Shown: positions 28,685 to 38,177, counted from the first letter of the stretch. The stretch: DNA of 64,000 bases from an uncultured Parcubacteria group bacterium (GCA_947084965.1 CAMTUG010000001.1:345293-409292), one strand, 5' to 3'. Program-made: numbers and translations. The notes: generated by a model not told the origin, from the sequence alone.

Positions 28685-30415
28685 ATGTCGCATACACCAA
28701 ATTTTGATAGCAAATTACAAGCTCTTCTCGACGCCACCACGCCGGGTGAGCGCGTTTGTCGCATCTCTGACGAACGCTGGCTGCTCACGCCAGAGGAGAT
28801 CGATCGCTGTCGCGCTTGGGGTGTGCCTCCAAGCCCATACGCCCCAACAATGCGCCTCAAGCTGCTCGCTGCCTCAGCTGCGGGAGTTGATCTGTGGTGG
28901 CGTCCGCACGCTTTGACCCAAAAACCGATCCTTTCTTCTAGTGATCCGGACGCCCTTGCGCCCGTGGTGACAGACGATGAATGGTATACGCTCGATGATG
29001 GTTCTGCTCACGGCTTTTCTGCCGACGCGGAGCGTCCATTTTTTGAACAGTATGTTAAACTGATCCCGCTCATTCCGATGCAGGCGAACTACTCAACCGG
29101 ATCAGAAAACTGCATTGGGGGTGGTTTTGAAAAGTGCGTTAACGGATTCATGATATTCGGGTCGTTCACTTTGCAGGATTGCTGGTACACCTTTCGCAGT
29201 AAATCGGATGAGCGCTGTATGGATGTGGCATTCGTCGCTTACTCGCAGGACTGTTTTTCTTGCTGCATGGCCGACCGTTTGCACGGATGCACGCAGGTCT
29301 TTGATTCTCTTGATTGTATCAACTCACAATTCCTCTTTGACGCCCGCGACTGCGAATCCTGCTTCTGCTCGACCAACCTGCGTCGCCGCAAGTATGTTTT
29401 CATGAACGAACAGCTGACCAAAGACGAATATGAACGCCGGATGAGCGAGATCGATCTCGGCTGCTCGTCTGTCTTTGCAAAGTGGAAAGAGATCTTTCAT
29501 CAACTGCTTGCGACACAAGCGGTCTGGCCAGAGGCCTTTAGTATCAACTCGCCTGGGTGCGTTGGGGATTATCTATTGAATTGCCTGGATAGCTCGGGGT
29601 GGTACATGGATGATGCCCGCGACGTGCGAGGAGGATGGATGGTCTTCGGACAGTCCAGCCATTCGGAGGCGATCGTTGTGGCTCGCTCGGCGCAAGATGC
29701 GTACATGTCCGCTGGCGTCCTCGGAAGTCAGAATGTGAAGTTCTCGCTGGTGTCCAAGGACTCGACGGCGCTTGAGTATTGCAATAACTGTCGCGATTGC
29801 GAGAACTGCTTTGGCTGTCATTCGCTCCGCAGTAAAAAGTTTCATATCTTTAACAAGCCGTACAGCGAAGAGGAGTATTGGAAGACCATTGATGCCCTGA
29901 AGTGCGCCATGCTCGATCGTGGCGAGTACGGCCAGTGGTTTCCGCCGGTTGTTAGCAACTGGCGACCAGAAACGGGGTTCGCCTCTATTGTTTCGCCGCT
30001 GACGGATGTGGAGATCGCGCGTCTTGGTCTTACACCGTTCGATCCGAAGTCGGCGATGCGCTTTGCTCCGGCGAACAATCAAGCGGTCGGTAACTTGGCG
30101 GAAGTGCCAGACTGCATCGATCAGGTTGGTGCTGAATGGGCGAACGTGCCGTTTGACGATGTTTCTCAAGCTCGCCGGTTCAATGTGAGCTCACGCGAAG
30201 TTGAATTTCGCAAAGAGCGTCGTTATCCGTTTCCAAAATCGCATTACCGCGCTCGGCTGACCGAGCTTGTACGCCAGATCAACGGACCGGAAACGGAAAG
30301 CCGCCCCTGCGCCAAATGCCAGAAGGCGATGACAGTGAATAAAAATCAGATGTTCCCAGACCGTACGATCTATTGCATGGACTGTTTTTACACGTTCATC
30401 GAAAGTCGTGGTTAA
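28685..30415 (+). CDS. Cys-rich array protein, copy 8
   Basis: MSHTPNFDSK; same motifs. Confidence 0.9.
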   Translation: MSHTPNFDSKLQALLDATTPGERVCRISDERWLLTPEEIDRCRAWGVPPSPYAPTMRLKLLAASAAGVDLWWRPHALTQKPILSSSDPDALAPVVTDDEWYTLDDGSAHGFSADAERPFFEQYVKLIPLIPMQANYSTGSENCIGGGFEKCVNGFMIFGSFTLQDCWYTFRSKSDERCMDVAFVAYSQDCFSCCMADRLHGCTQVFDSLDCINSQFLFDARDCESCFCSTNLRRRKYVFMNEQLTKDEYERRMSEIDLGCSSVFAKWKEIFHQLLATQAVWPEAFSINSPGCVGDYLLNCLDSSGWYMDDARDVRGGWMVFGQSSHSEAIVVARSAQDAYMSAGVLGSQNVKFSLVSKDSTALEYCNNCRDCENCFGCHSLRSKKFHIFNKPYSEEEYWKTIDALKCAMLDRGEYGQWFPPVVSNWRPETGFASIVSPLTDVEIARLGLTPFDPKSAMRFAPANNQAVGNLAEVPDCIDQVGAEWANVPFDDVSQARRFNVSSREVEFRKERRYPFPKSHYRARLTELVRQINGPETESRPCAKCQKAMTVNKNQMFPDRTIYCMDCFYTFIESRG

Positions 30416-30416
30416 T

Positions 30417-32144
30417 ATGTCCAACACGCCCAACTACAACGCCAAAGTGAAGGCGATTCTCGAGGCGACAACGCCTGGGGAGCGGGTTTGTGCGTTAACG
30501 GGTGAGAAATGGATGCTGACAGATGAAGAGATCGGCTGGCTCAAAAAATTCCAGGTTCCGCCACATCCGTGGGCGCCGATCATGCGTTTGAAACAGATGA
30601 TGGGATTTCCGACTGGAATCGCCATCTGGCGCAAGCCCCACGCAGACACAGGGGAGCCGATCTTATCGTTCGTTCACCCAGACAATCCGTTCAAGGTGAT
30701 TACGGACAAAGAATGGTTTGCTCGAGACTTTGCGCAATCAACCAAAGAACTTGATCCTGACCGGCCGGTGTTCCCGCAACTGCAGGCACTAGCACAAGCA
30801 ACGCCTGTGGGCGCCCTGCGCGACGATGGAAGTAATATCAATTGCGTCGGCGTAGATATTATTGACGGCCAAGATTGCTACATGTTTTTTGGTGGCTACG
30901 GTAACAAACGCAGCATGTACGGTGCGGTTAGTTACGAATCTGAAGACGCTTGCCTGCTCACCAACACCAAGGGTATTCAGCGCTCCTACATGATCAATGC
31001 CTGTTCGGACCTGCATGGTTGTCGTTACTGTTTTCAAAATGGCAAGTTGATAAACTGCACTTTTTGTTTCGATTGTGACAATCTCGAATTTTGTTTTGGC
31101 GCATCAAATCAAAGTCACAAAAAGTATCTCTTCTGGAATGAACAGTTAACGAAAGAAGAGTGGGAACGTCGTGTTAGTGAAGTCGATCTTTCCGATCGTG
31201 GGGTTTGGGAAGCGCAGGTCAGGCGGTTTCATCAAATGGTTTGCGAAGAGGCGTACTGGCGTGCGGATTTTAACCTTGAGCCGCTCGAGGATAGCACTGG
31301 GGAATACTTGTTAAATTCGACCCGCCTGCACGATTGTTACTGGCAGGATGGCGGCACGGATCTCTATCGTTCTTGGATCGGGGTGGAGTCGCGCGAAAGT
31401 GCCTTTGTCGTTTGGTCCGGTTGGGGAGATGCGGCTTACATGTGCACAGATATTTTGAAGCATCATAATATCAAAATGTGCATGCGCGTCTGGCGTTCAC
31501 AAAACTTGGAATACTGTATCGATTGTTTTGACTGCGAGGACTGTTTTGGTTGTGTGGGCCTGCAACGCAAATCGTTCTGTATCTATAACAAACAGTACAG
31601 CGAAGCCGACTATTGGCAGAGGGTTGATGCCCTGAAGTGTGCCATGCTGGACCGTGGGGAGTACGGACAGTTTTTCCCCGCGCAGTTTTCTCAGGTCGGT
31701 TATGCCTATTCCATGGGGGAGTTGTACTTGGGCTACACACCGGAAGAATTGTCCCTTTTTGGAGCGCTGGAGTTTGATTCAACAAAGGGGAACGTGCATA
31801 CGGTCGATGGCACGCTCAAGGTAACGGATTTGCCGGACCGCCTGATAGACACCATTCCGGAGCAGCACGTGGGCAAGCCGATCCTCGACACCGCTCTCGG
31901 GCGACCGTTTACGATCACACCGACAGAGTTCGCCTTTTATCAGTCGCACGGGCTTCCTCTCCCACGCGAACACTTTTTGTCGCGAATGACGACCCTCTTC
32001 CGTCACGCCAACGGCCCAATCCCTGAACAGGCTCCGTGCGCCAAGTGCGGCACAAACGTGACAACGTGGAAAAACGCGCTCTTCTCCGGTCGCCGTCGTG
32101 TACTATGCAGGCCGTGTTATTTGCAGTATTTTGAGACACGATAA
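30417..32144 (+). CDS. Cys-rich array protein, copy 9
   Basis: MSNTPNYNAK start at 30417; same motifs. Confidence 0.9.
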   Translation: MSNTPNYNAKVKAILEATTPGERVCALTGEKWMLTDEEIGWLKKFQVPPHPWAPIMRLKQMMGFPTGIAIWRKPHADTGEPILSFVHPDNPFKVITDKEWFARDFAQSTKELDPDRPVFPQLQALAQATPVGALRDDGSNINCVGVDIIDGQDCYMFFGGYGNKRSMYGAVSYESEDACLLTNTKGIQRSYMINACSDLHGCRYCFQNGKLINCTFCFDCDNLEFCFGASNQSHKKYLFWNEQLTKEEWERRVSEVDLSDRGVWEAQVRRFHQMVCEEAYWRADFNLEPLEDSTGEYLLNSTRLHDCYWQDGGTDLYRSWIGVESRESAFVVWSGWGDAAYMCTDILKHHNIKMCMRVWRSQNLEYCIDCFDCEDCFGCVGLQRKSFCIYNKQYSEADYWQRVDALKCAMLDRGEYGQFFPAQFSQVGYAYSMGELYLGYTPEELSLFGALEFDSTKGNVHTVDGTLKVTDLPDRLIDTIPEQHVGKPILDTALGRPFTITPTEFAFYQSHGLPLPREHFLSRMTTLFRHANGPIPEQAPCAKCGTNVTTWKNALFSGRRRVLCRPCYLQYFETR

Positions 32145-32146
32145 GT

Positions 32147-33883
32147 ATGTCCAATACCCCGAATTTTGATCTGAAAGTGAAAGCAATTCTCGACGCCACT
32201 ACGGCTGGCGAGCGTGTTGATCGTTTGACGGGAGAGGCGTGGATGTTAACGGACACGGAGATCGATTGGTGTAAGAAGTTCAATGTACCACCAGCGACGG
32301 TCAGTCCAGAAACGCGCTGGAAGCACCATGGCGTTTGGTATGTTGGGTATCAGTATTGGTACCAATCGCATCCAGAAACGAGGAAGCCGATTATCTGCAC
32401 CGTCCATCCGGCGACAGGAATCAAAGTACTTCCAGACAAAGAATGGTTTGAAAAAGATTTTCTCTCCCACGGCCGCGAGTACCAACTCGACCGTCCATTT
32501 TTTGAGCAGTGGCGCGAACTGCAGCTTGCTGTACCGATGCCAGCCAGTCGCAATCATGTTGAGCCGGTCAATTCAATCGCCTTTGTATCGCAAGGTGATG
32601 AGGATAGCTATTTTGTCGGTGCTTCGAAAACAAAACGCACCTATTATGCTCATGCCGCCATGGATGTTGAAGATTGCGCAGAGGTATATGAATCCTCGAA
32701 GTTGCAGGAGTGTTTTAATGTCGCCGACTCTTCGCGTTTGCATCGGTGTTCATTTGTACGTGCGAGCTACGATTGTCTGAACTCCAGCTTCTTGTTTGAC
32801 TGCCGCAACTGTGAATTCTGTTTTGGTGCGACCAACAAGCGCAACAAGAAGTATCTGTGGTGGAACGAACAGTTAACGAAGGAGGAGTGGGAAAAACGAC
32901 GAGCGGAAGTTGATCTTGGGTCGCGTGCTGTTGTCAGTGAGCAGATGCAAAGATTCCGTACGTTCGTGCGCGAACGGGCCGTTTGGCCAGAAAATTTTAA
33001 CGATCATGCGATCGACTCGACAGGAGAGTATTTGTTCAAAACAACGCGGGTGATGGACTCCTATCTTTGCGGCGAAGGAGCGATAGACCAGTACTTCTGC
33101 AATTTTAGTTTCGGTCAGTCTGAGAACAATGCCTTTACAGGCTATCCCGTGAACGGAAGCGATATGTATTCTTGCGCCTCGATTTCCGGTCGGCGTCAGA
33201 AGTTTTGTTTTTTGACGATTCGTTCGGAGAATATGGAGTACTGCATGCTCTGTTATAATTGCACGGACTGCTTCGGGTGCATCGGGCTTCAACGCAAGCA
33301 GTTCTGCATTTTCAATAAACAATACACAGAGGAAGAGTATTGGAAGCGTGTAGATGCGCTCAGGTGCACTATGCTTGATCGCGGCGAGTATGGAGAGTTT
33401 TATCCAGCCGGGTTTTCACCGAGCTATCCGGGGGATTCGGGGGCGATGTATTGGTTTGGAGCGACCAAGGAAGAGTTGAAAAAGATGGGAGTGATGGAAT
33501 TTGAACCGGAATCCCTGGGAGCGATCGGGGAGGAATTGGCGGATCCTTCTAAAATGAGAAACGTGAGTGAGCTCCCGGATTATGTACGTGATCTCACCGA
33601 CGATTGGATCGGTGTGCCGTTGTTTGATCCGGTGGCAAACCGTCGCTTCGCTATGATTCGTCCAGAAGTTGAGTTTTACCGTCGGATGAACGTCGCTCCG
33701 CCGACCAAGCATTTCACTGCTCGGTTAAAGGATCTGTGGGTGGAGGTTAATCAAGGGAGCTTTATGGAAACTACCTGCACTGCTTGCGGAAAAGCGTTAC
33801 GCGTTGCCAAGAACGCAGGACACCCCGAACGGAAGATCCTTTGTATTGAGGACTATCTCAAATTCATCGAGCAACACGGATAA
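32147..33883 (+). CDS. Cys-rich array protein, copy 10
   Basis: MSNTPNFDLK; same motifs; TAA-GT-ATG junction. Confidence 0.9.
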   Translation: MSNTPNFDLKVKAILDATTAGERVDRLTGEAWMLTDTEIDWCKKFNVPPATVSPETRWKHHGVWYVGYQYWYQSHPETRKPIICTVHPATGIKVLPDKEWFEKDFLSHGREYQLDRPFFEQWRELQLAVPMPASRNHVEPVNSIAFVSQGDEDSYFVGASKTKRTYYAHAAMDVEDCAEVYESSKLQECFNVADSSRLHRCSFVRASYDCLNSSFLFDCRNCEFCFGATNKRNKKYLWWNEQLTKEEWEKRRAEVDLGSRAVVSEQMQRFRTFVRERAVWPENFNDHAIDSTGEYLFKTTRVMDSYLCGEGAIDQYFCNFSFGQSENNAFTGYPVNGSDMYSCASISGRRQKFCFLTIRSENMEYCMLCYNCTDCFGCIGLQRKQFCIFNKQYTEEEYWKRVDALRCTMLDRGEYGEFYPAGFSPSYPGDSGAMYWFGATKEELKKMGVMEFEPESLGAIGEELADPSKMRNVSELPDYVRDLTDDWIGVPLFDPVANRRFAMIRPEVEFYRRMNVAPPTKHFTARLKDLWVEVNQGSFMETTCTACGKALRVAKNAGHPERKILCIEDYLKFIEQHG

Positions 33884-33884
33884 T

Positions 33885-34529
33885 ATGCATCAACGCGTTA
33901 CATTCAACACGACAGACGGGGTTGAGATCGTTGGTAATTTGTATCGTGGTGGGGCGGGGAGATTTGTGATTCTGCTCCATATGCGCCCTTCAACAAAAGA
34001 AGGATGGGAACTGCTTGCCACAAAACTGCAAGAACTGGGGACGACTGTGCTGGCGATTGATCAGCGCGGGCATGGAGAATCGACGATGCATGGGACGTTG
34101 AATTACGAGAACTTTTCGGACGAAGAAAGTCGAGCCAAGATTTTGGACGTCGAAGCGGCATTCGTGTTCCTCACGTCCCTCGGCGCGACGGAGGAGAACA
34201 CCAGCGTGATCGGCGGATCGATCGGGGCAAACTTGGCGATTCAGTTTTTGACTGAGCATCCCGGGATGAAAAAAGTCGTCGCCCTTTCACCCGGTTTGCT
34301 CTATCGCGGAGTATCGACGGACGACAAGGTTGTGAGGCTCGGGGCTGATCAACACATCTTGTTGGTTGCAAGCGATGACGACCAACATCGAGCGTACGAA
34401 GGCGCTCAAAAGCTCCACGAATTAAATCCAAGTCAGACGGAGCTGGTGCTCGTGAGCGGCCTCGGTCATGCGGAGGCGATGTTTGATAAAGACCCATCAC
34501 TCGCAGATAACGTGATCGCCTGGTTATGA
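33885..34529 (+). CDS. Alpha/beta hydrolase
   Basis: D.RGHGES, GGSIG nucleophile elbow, GH; start 33885 coupled to copy 10 by TAA-T-ATG. Confidence 0.88.
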   Translation: MHQRVTFNTTDGVEIVGNLYRGGAGRFVILLHMRPSTKEGWELLATKLQELGTTVLAIDQRGHGESTMHGTLNYENFSDEESRAKILDVEAAFVFLTSLGATEENTSVIGGSIGANLAIQFLTEHPGMKKVVALSPGLLYRGVSTDDKVVRLGADQHILLVASDDDQHRAYEGAQKLHELNPSQTELVLVSGLGHAEAMFDKDPSLADNVIAWL

Positions 34530-35317
34530 GTATTCTCCAAGCAATCATTCTCGGCATCGTTCAAGGTATTTCTGAATTTCTTCCAATTTCAAGCTCGGGG
34601 CATTTGATTTTGATCCCGCGTCTGTTTGGCTGGGAAGATCAAGGCGTTGTGTTCGATGTTGCTCTGCACATGGCTACCCTTGCCGCCATCTTGTACGTCT
34701 TCTGGCCAGAAGTTTCGCGCACAGGCAAGGCGTTTATCGGCGACGTAAAATCTGCAGACGCCCGACTTGGTTGGATGATTATTGTCGCCACCGTGCCGGC
34801 CGTGCTCGTCGGACTCTTTTTTGGTGATGCGATTGAAACAGCGTTCCGCGATCCAAAGATCATCGCCCTGAACCTTGCCTTTTGGGGTGTTGTGCTCGCC
34901 CTAGCAGATCGTTTCGCTGTGAACCGAGGCCCACAGCAAGGTGTGCGTGTCACTTGGCGCTCGGCGATCGCGGCTGGATGCGCACAAGCCCTCGCCTTGA
35001 TCCCAGGTACTTCGCGTTCGGGAATCACCATCACTGCCGGCCTGTTCACTGGCCTTGATCGTGTGCAAGCCGCGCGGTTTTCTTTTCTTCTTGGGATCCC
35101 GGCGATTGCCGGTGCTGGGGCGCTGACGTTCGCCAGGGCTTACGCTGCCCAAACAGCGGTCGAATGGCTCCCCACGATCGTCGGTTTCACGGCCGCTCTT
35201 ATTGCTGGCATTGTCAGCATCAAGTGGCTTTTGCGTATTTTAACCAAAATCAGCTATTCCTGGTTTGCTTTTTATCGCATTTTGATCGCCATTTTGATCC
35301 TTGTCTTGATCGTCTAA
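34526..35317 (+). CDS. uppP: Undecaprenyl-diphosphate phosphatase
   Basis: QGISEFLPISSSGH and PGTSRSG motifs. Confidence 0.95.
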   Translation: MSILQAIILGIVQGISEFLPISSSGHLILIPRLFGWEDQGVVFDVALHMATLAAILYVFWPEVSRTGKAFIGDVKSADARLGWMIIVATVPAVLVGLFFGDAIETAFRDPKIIALNLAFWGVVLALADRFAVNRGPQQGVRVTWRSAIAAGCAQALALIPGTSRSGITITAGLFTGLDRVQAARFSFLLGIPAIAGAGALTFARAYAAQTAVEWLPTIVGFTAALIAGIVSIKWLLRILTKISYSWFAFYRILIAILILVLIV

Positions 35318-35319
35318 CC

Positions 35320-35348
35320 TTGACAAAAGGGGATTTGCCGAGTACGAT
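35320..35348 (+). promoter_or_regulatory. Sigma70-like promoter
   Basis: TTGACA-17nt-TACGAT. Confidence 0.65.
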
Positions 35349-35371
35349 CCTCCTCCACCCAAGGACCAACC

Positions 35372-35791
35372 ATGTTTCGTGATCTTCTCTTCGGTCTTCT
35401 CGACGTCATCGATCGCCGCCTCCGGACCAAGCGACCCGAGATGCGGATCGTCGATCCGCAGATCTTCATCGAGAAGATCATCGAAGCGTGCCCGGGCGAG
35501 CTCGACGTCCACATCTTCGGAACGGACAGCGGCGGGTGTGAGTTCGACCTCCTCGCGACCGAGCCGGACGGCCCCGGAACGCTCTACCGGGTGATCTTCT
35601 TCCCGGAGATGCACCCCTTCCCGCCGATCTACCGCGTCCTGGTCGCCCAACACGACGGGTGTGGCACCATCCGGAACCCCCTGCAGGTCCTTGAAGCGAA
35701 CCGTCACACGCTCCTGGACTACATCGGGATCGAGCGCCTCGAGAAGGCGGTCGGCATCCAACCGGTCCCTGAACAACTCGCCGAGGCCTGA
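35372..35791 (+). CDS. Hypothetical protein (GC-rich solo gene)
   Basis: Own promoter, AAGGA SD, strongly G/C-ending codons, downstream hairpin. Confidence 0.7.
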   Translation: MFRDLLFGLLDVIDRRLRTKRPEMRIVDPQIFIEKIIEACPGELDVHIFGTDSGGCEFDLLATEPDGPGTLYRVIFFPEMHPFPPIYRVLVAQHDGCGTIRNPLQVLEANRHTLLDYIGIERLEKAVGIQPVPEQLAEA

Positions 35792-35805
35792 ACCTCGCGC
35801 TTCGA

Positions 35806-35830
35806 CCCTCCCTGGACACTCCAGGGAGGG
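35806..35830 (+). terminator. Hairpin after GC-rich solo gene
   Basis: CCCTCCCTGGA-CAC-TCCAGGGAGGG. Confidence 0.55.
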
Positions 35831-35874
35831 CCGCTGCTTGATAAAGGAGGATTTCTTTGATAGTCTCAAACGTT

Positions 35875-36939
35875 ATGGAAGCAAAGAAGCCCAAAGTTCT
35901 GGTCGGTATGTCTGGCGGAGTCGATTCATCGCTCTCCGCGGCGTTGTTATTGGAACAAGGGTTTGAAGTCATCGGTGGGTTCATGAAGAACTGGAGTGGG
36001 TCAACGAAGGTTTGCGAAGGGACGGAGGAGTTTAAAGAATGCGATTGGCGCGATGAGCGCCGTGATGCCATGCGCGTCGCCGCCCAACTTGGCATCCCGC
36101 TTCTGACGTTCGATTTTGAAAACGCATATCGCGCTAATGTTGTGGATTACATGGTTGCCGAATACGAAGCAGGTCGCACACCAAATCCCGACGTGATGTG
36201 CAACAAGTTCATGAAGTTCGATCTGTTTGTGAAAGAGGCGGATAAGCTTGGTTGTGAGTATGTCGCGACAGGTCACTATGCGCGACAAGAGAATGGAAAG
36301 CTTCTTGCAGGATCGGATCCAAATAAGGATCAAAGTTATTTTCTCTGTCAGATGCCACGTGAGGTGTTGCCTCGGGTCCTTTTTCCTGTCGGCGGAATGC
36401 TCAAACCTGACGTTCGTCGTGAAGCAGAGGAACGTGGTCTTGTCGTTGCTGATAAGCCAGACAGTCAAGGCGTCTGCTTCATCGGGGAAATCAACATGAC
36501 GGCATTCCTCCAGGAGCGCATTCCAAAAAAACCGGGAAAGATCGTGACGACGGATGGAGTAATCGTCGGGGATCACGACGGCATCGCCTTTTACACGATC
36601 GGCCAGCGCGAAGGGCTGAAGATCGGCGGACTGGCCACTCCGTATTATGTTGTTGCCAAGAATGCGGAGCGCAACGAGCTCGTTGTTTCTAGTAACTTTC
36701 ATGAGGAGTTGTATAAAGATGAACTCGAAGTGGCGGACATGAATTGGCTCGTGGATCCAAAAGAAGGGGAGTTTACTGCGCGCATCCGCTATCGCCAGCC
36801 GCTCGAGACGTGTCAGCTCACAATGAACGGCGACACACTTCACATCAAATTCAAAACGCCCCAGCGCGCAGTGACGCCAGGGCAGTTTATTGTGTTCTAC
36901 GATGGGGAGATCGTCCTCGGCGGTGGAGTGATTGTCTAA
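35875..36939 (+). CDS. mnmA: tRNA 2-thiouridylase MnmA
   Basis: GMSGGVDSS, TPNPDVMCN, ATGHYA, KDQSYFL, DSQGVCF, TPGQ. Confidence 0.96.
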   Translation: MEAKKPKVLVGMSGGVDSSLSAALLLEQGFEVIGGFMKNWSGSTKVCEGTEEFKECDWRDERRDAMRVAAQLGIPLLTFDFENAYRANVVDYMVAEYEAGRTPNPDVMCNKFMKFDLFVKEADKLGCEYVATGHYARQENGKLLAGSDPNKDQSYFLCQMPREVLPRVLFPVGGMLKPDVRREAEERGLVVADKPDSQGVCFIGEINMTAFLQERIPKKPGKIVTTDGVIVGDHDGIAFYTIGQREGLKIGGLATPYYVVAKNAERNELVVSSNFHEELYKDELEVADMNWLVDPKEGEFTARIRYRQPLETCQLTMNGDTLHIKFKTPQRAVTPGQFIVFYDGEIVLGGGVIV

Positions 36940-36940
36940 T

Positions 36941-37101
36941 TTGACATCGCCGTTTTTTCGTGATAATTTTTTCGTGATATGAATATTTTCCGCCGCCATT
37001 ACGACTATAAGAACTTCTCACCTTCTTCCGAGAGCGGGCTGCGTTGATGTACTCAAAGCATAAATTCGGCCCCTTCTCGAAAGAGAAGGGGTCTTTCGTT
37101 T
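36941..37101 (+). promoter_or_regulatory. Promoter, 22-codon leader ORF and terminator hairpin (possible attenuator)
   Basis: TTGACA-17-TAATTT; ORF 36979-37047 MNIFRRHYDYKNFSPSSESGLR; GGCCCCTTCTC-GAAA-GAGAAGGGGTC-TTTCGTTT. Confidence 0.45.
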
Positions 37102-37162
37102 AATCAAGGACGAGAGCTTGATTCGAGCCGTCCTTTCACAACTCACACGGGATAGGTGAAAC

Positions 37163-38152
37163 ATGTCGAAGAACAAACCCCCTCCGCCGGGTAGTGTGGA
37201 GGTCGATCCGCTTCTGTTCGTCATCATCTTCGGTGCCCTGGCTTTTTGGGCCATTGTCCTGGCTTTGATTGCCGGTGTGTATGCTGTGTGCGTTGCGGTG
37301 TGGATGTTCATGACCACCTACCCGTTGGTGAGCGTGCTCATCGTTGTTGCGGTGACTATCCTCCTCCTCGTGATGTGGACCGTCCACACGAGCAAGCCCG
37401 AGCTGCTCCCGGGTCACTTCAAGGTGATCCCGCTCTGCGATCGTGACCGCCGCGAGTACCGGGTTGCCAAGGTCAACGATGCTTGGTGGCTGATCCTCCC
37501 TGGCGCCTGGATCATCGCCACGGCCATGGGGTTCGTGTTGAGCGCCATCTCTGGGCTCATCGGCCTGGCTGACGTCCTCTTCAGTGATGCTTTGGCCGGC
37601 GCCCTCCAGTTCGATCCGGCGCTGTCCGCGATCGTCAGTAGTCATCCGTGGCTGGGGTACATGTTCCTTGTTCTGGTGTTTTTCTCCGCCGCCATCGGGG
37701 CGATGCGCCAGACGATCTGGCTCGCCTGGGTTCGCTCCTCGGCCGTGCGCAAGGATCCGCGGCGGATCCAGCTCCTCAAGCTCATTCGTACGATCAACTG
37801 GTGGAACGAACATCTGCCGGTCTTCAACGATCTGGCCGCCTCGGGCGAGGGTAAGGAGCAGGTGGAGAAGCTCGCGCAGACCCGTGCCAAGCTCGTGGAA
37901 TGGCTTAACCGGATGTGCAGTCGGCTCGCTGTCGCCCCGCTCGGTTCCTTCCCGCAGAGCGCCACCCCGCTCGAGATTCCCGAACTTCGGGAACTTGGCG
38001 CGCTGGTCGAAGACCTGAAGCACCAGCCGATCCTTCAGGCCATCAAGGCCGATCTCGAGGATCTCGAGCACCCCGACCGCACCCCTGACCCGAAGACGGT
38101 CGAGCGCTGGCACGCGTTTGCCAGGTTCCTTCGTCTTAAGGTCAATCGCTAG
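37163..38152 (+). CDS. Hypothetical multi-TM membrane protein (GC-rich solo gene)
   Basis: Four TM segments and a helical C-terminus; AGGTGA SD; GC-rich codons. Confidence 0.75.
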   Translation: MSKNKPPPPGSVEVDPLLFVIIFGALAFWAIVLALIAGVYAVCVAVWMFMTTYPLVSVLIVVAVTILLLVMWTVHTSKPELLPGHFKVIPLCDRDRREYRVAKVNDAWWLILPGAWIIATAMGFVLSAISGLIGLADVLFSDALAGALQFDPALSAIVSSHPWLGYMFLVLVFFSAAIGAMRQTIWLAWVRSSAVRKDPRRIQLLKLIRTINWWNEHLPVFNDLAASGEGKEQVEKLAQTRAKLVEWLNRMCSRLAVAPLGSFPQSATPLEIPELRELGALVEDLKHQPILQAIKADLEDLEHPDRTPDPKTVERWHAFARFLRLKVNR

Positions 38153-38177
38153 TGGCAACTTCATGCCGCAAAGAAAT

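Noticed and set aside
16582-33883. Array as a diversity-generating retroelement target or CRISPR-like array
   Set aside because: No reverse transcriptase, no near-identical TR/VR pair differing at adenines, and no short repeat-spacer periodicity seen; repeats are whole diverged genes
16582-33883. Array as an assembly artefact
   Set aside because: Copies are highly divergent in DNA and protein and each is an intact ORF, which collapsed or duplicated contigs would not produce
35240-38164. Long antisense ORFs (35240-35869, 36001-36999, 37136-38164; likewise 5581-6018, 12756-13682, 45244-46218, 55228-55914)
   Set aside because: They overlap better-supported genes on the other strand, have no recognisable motifs, and are expected from codon bias
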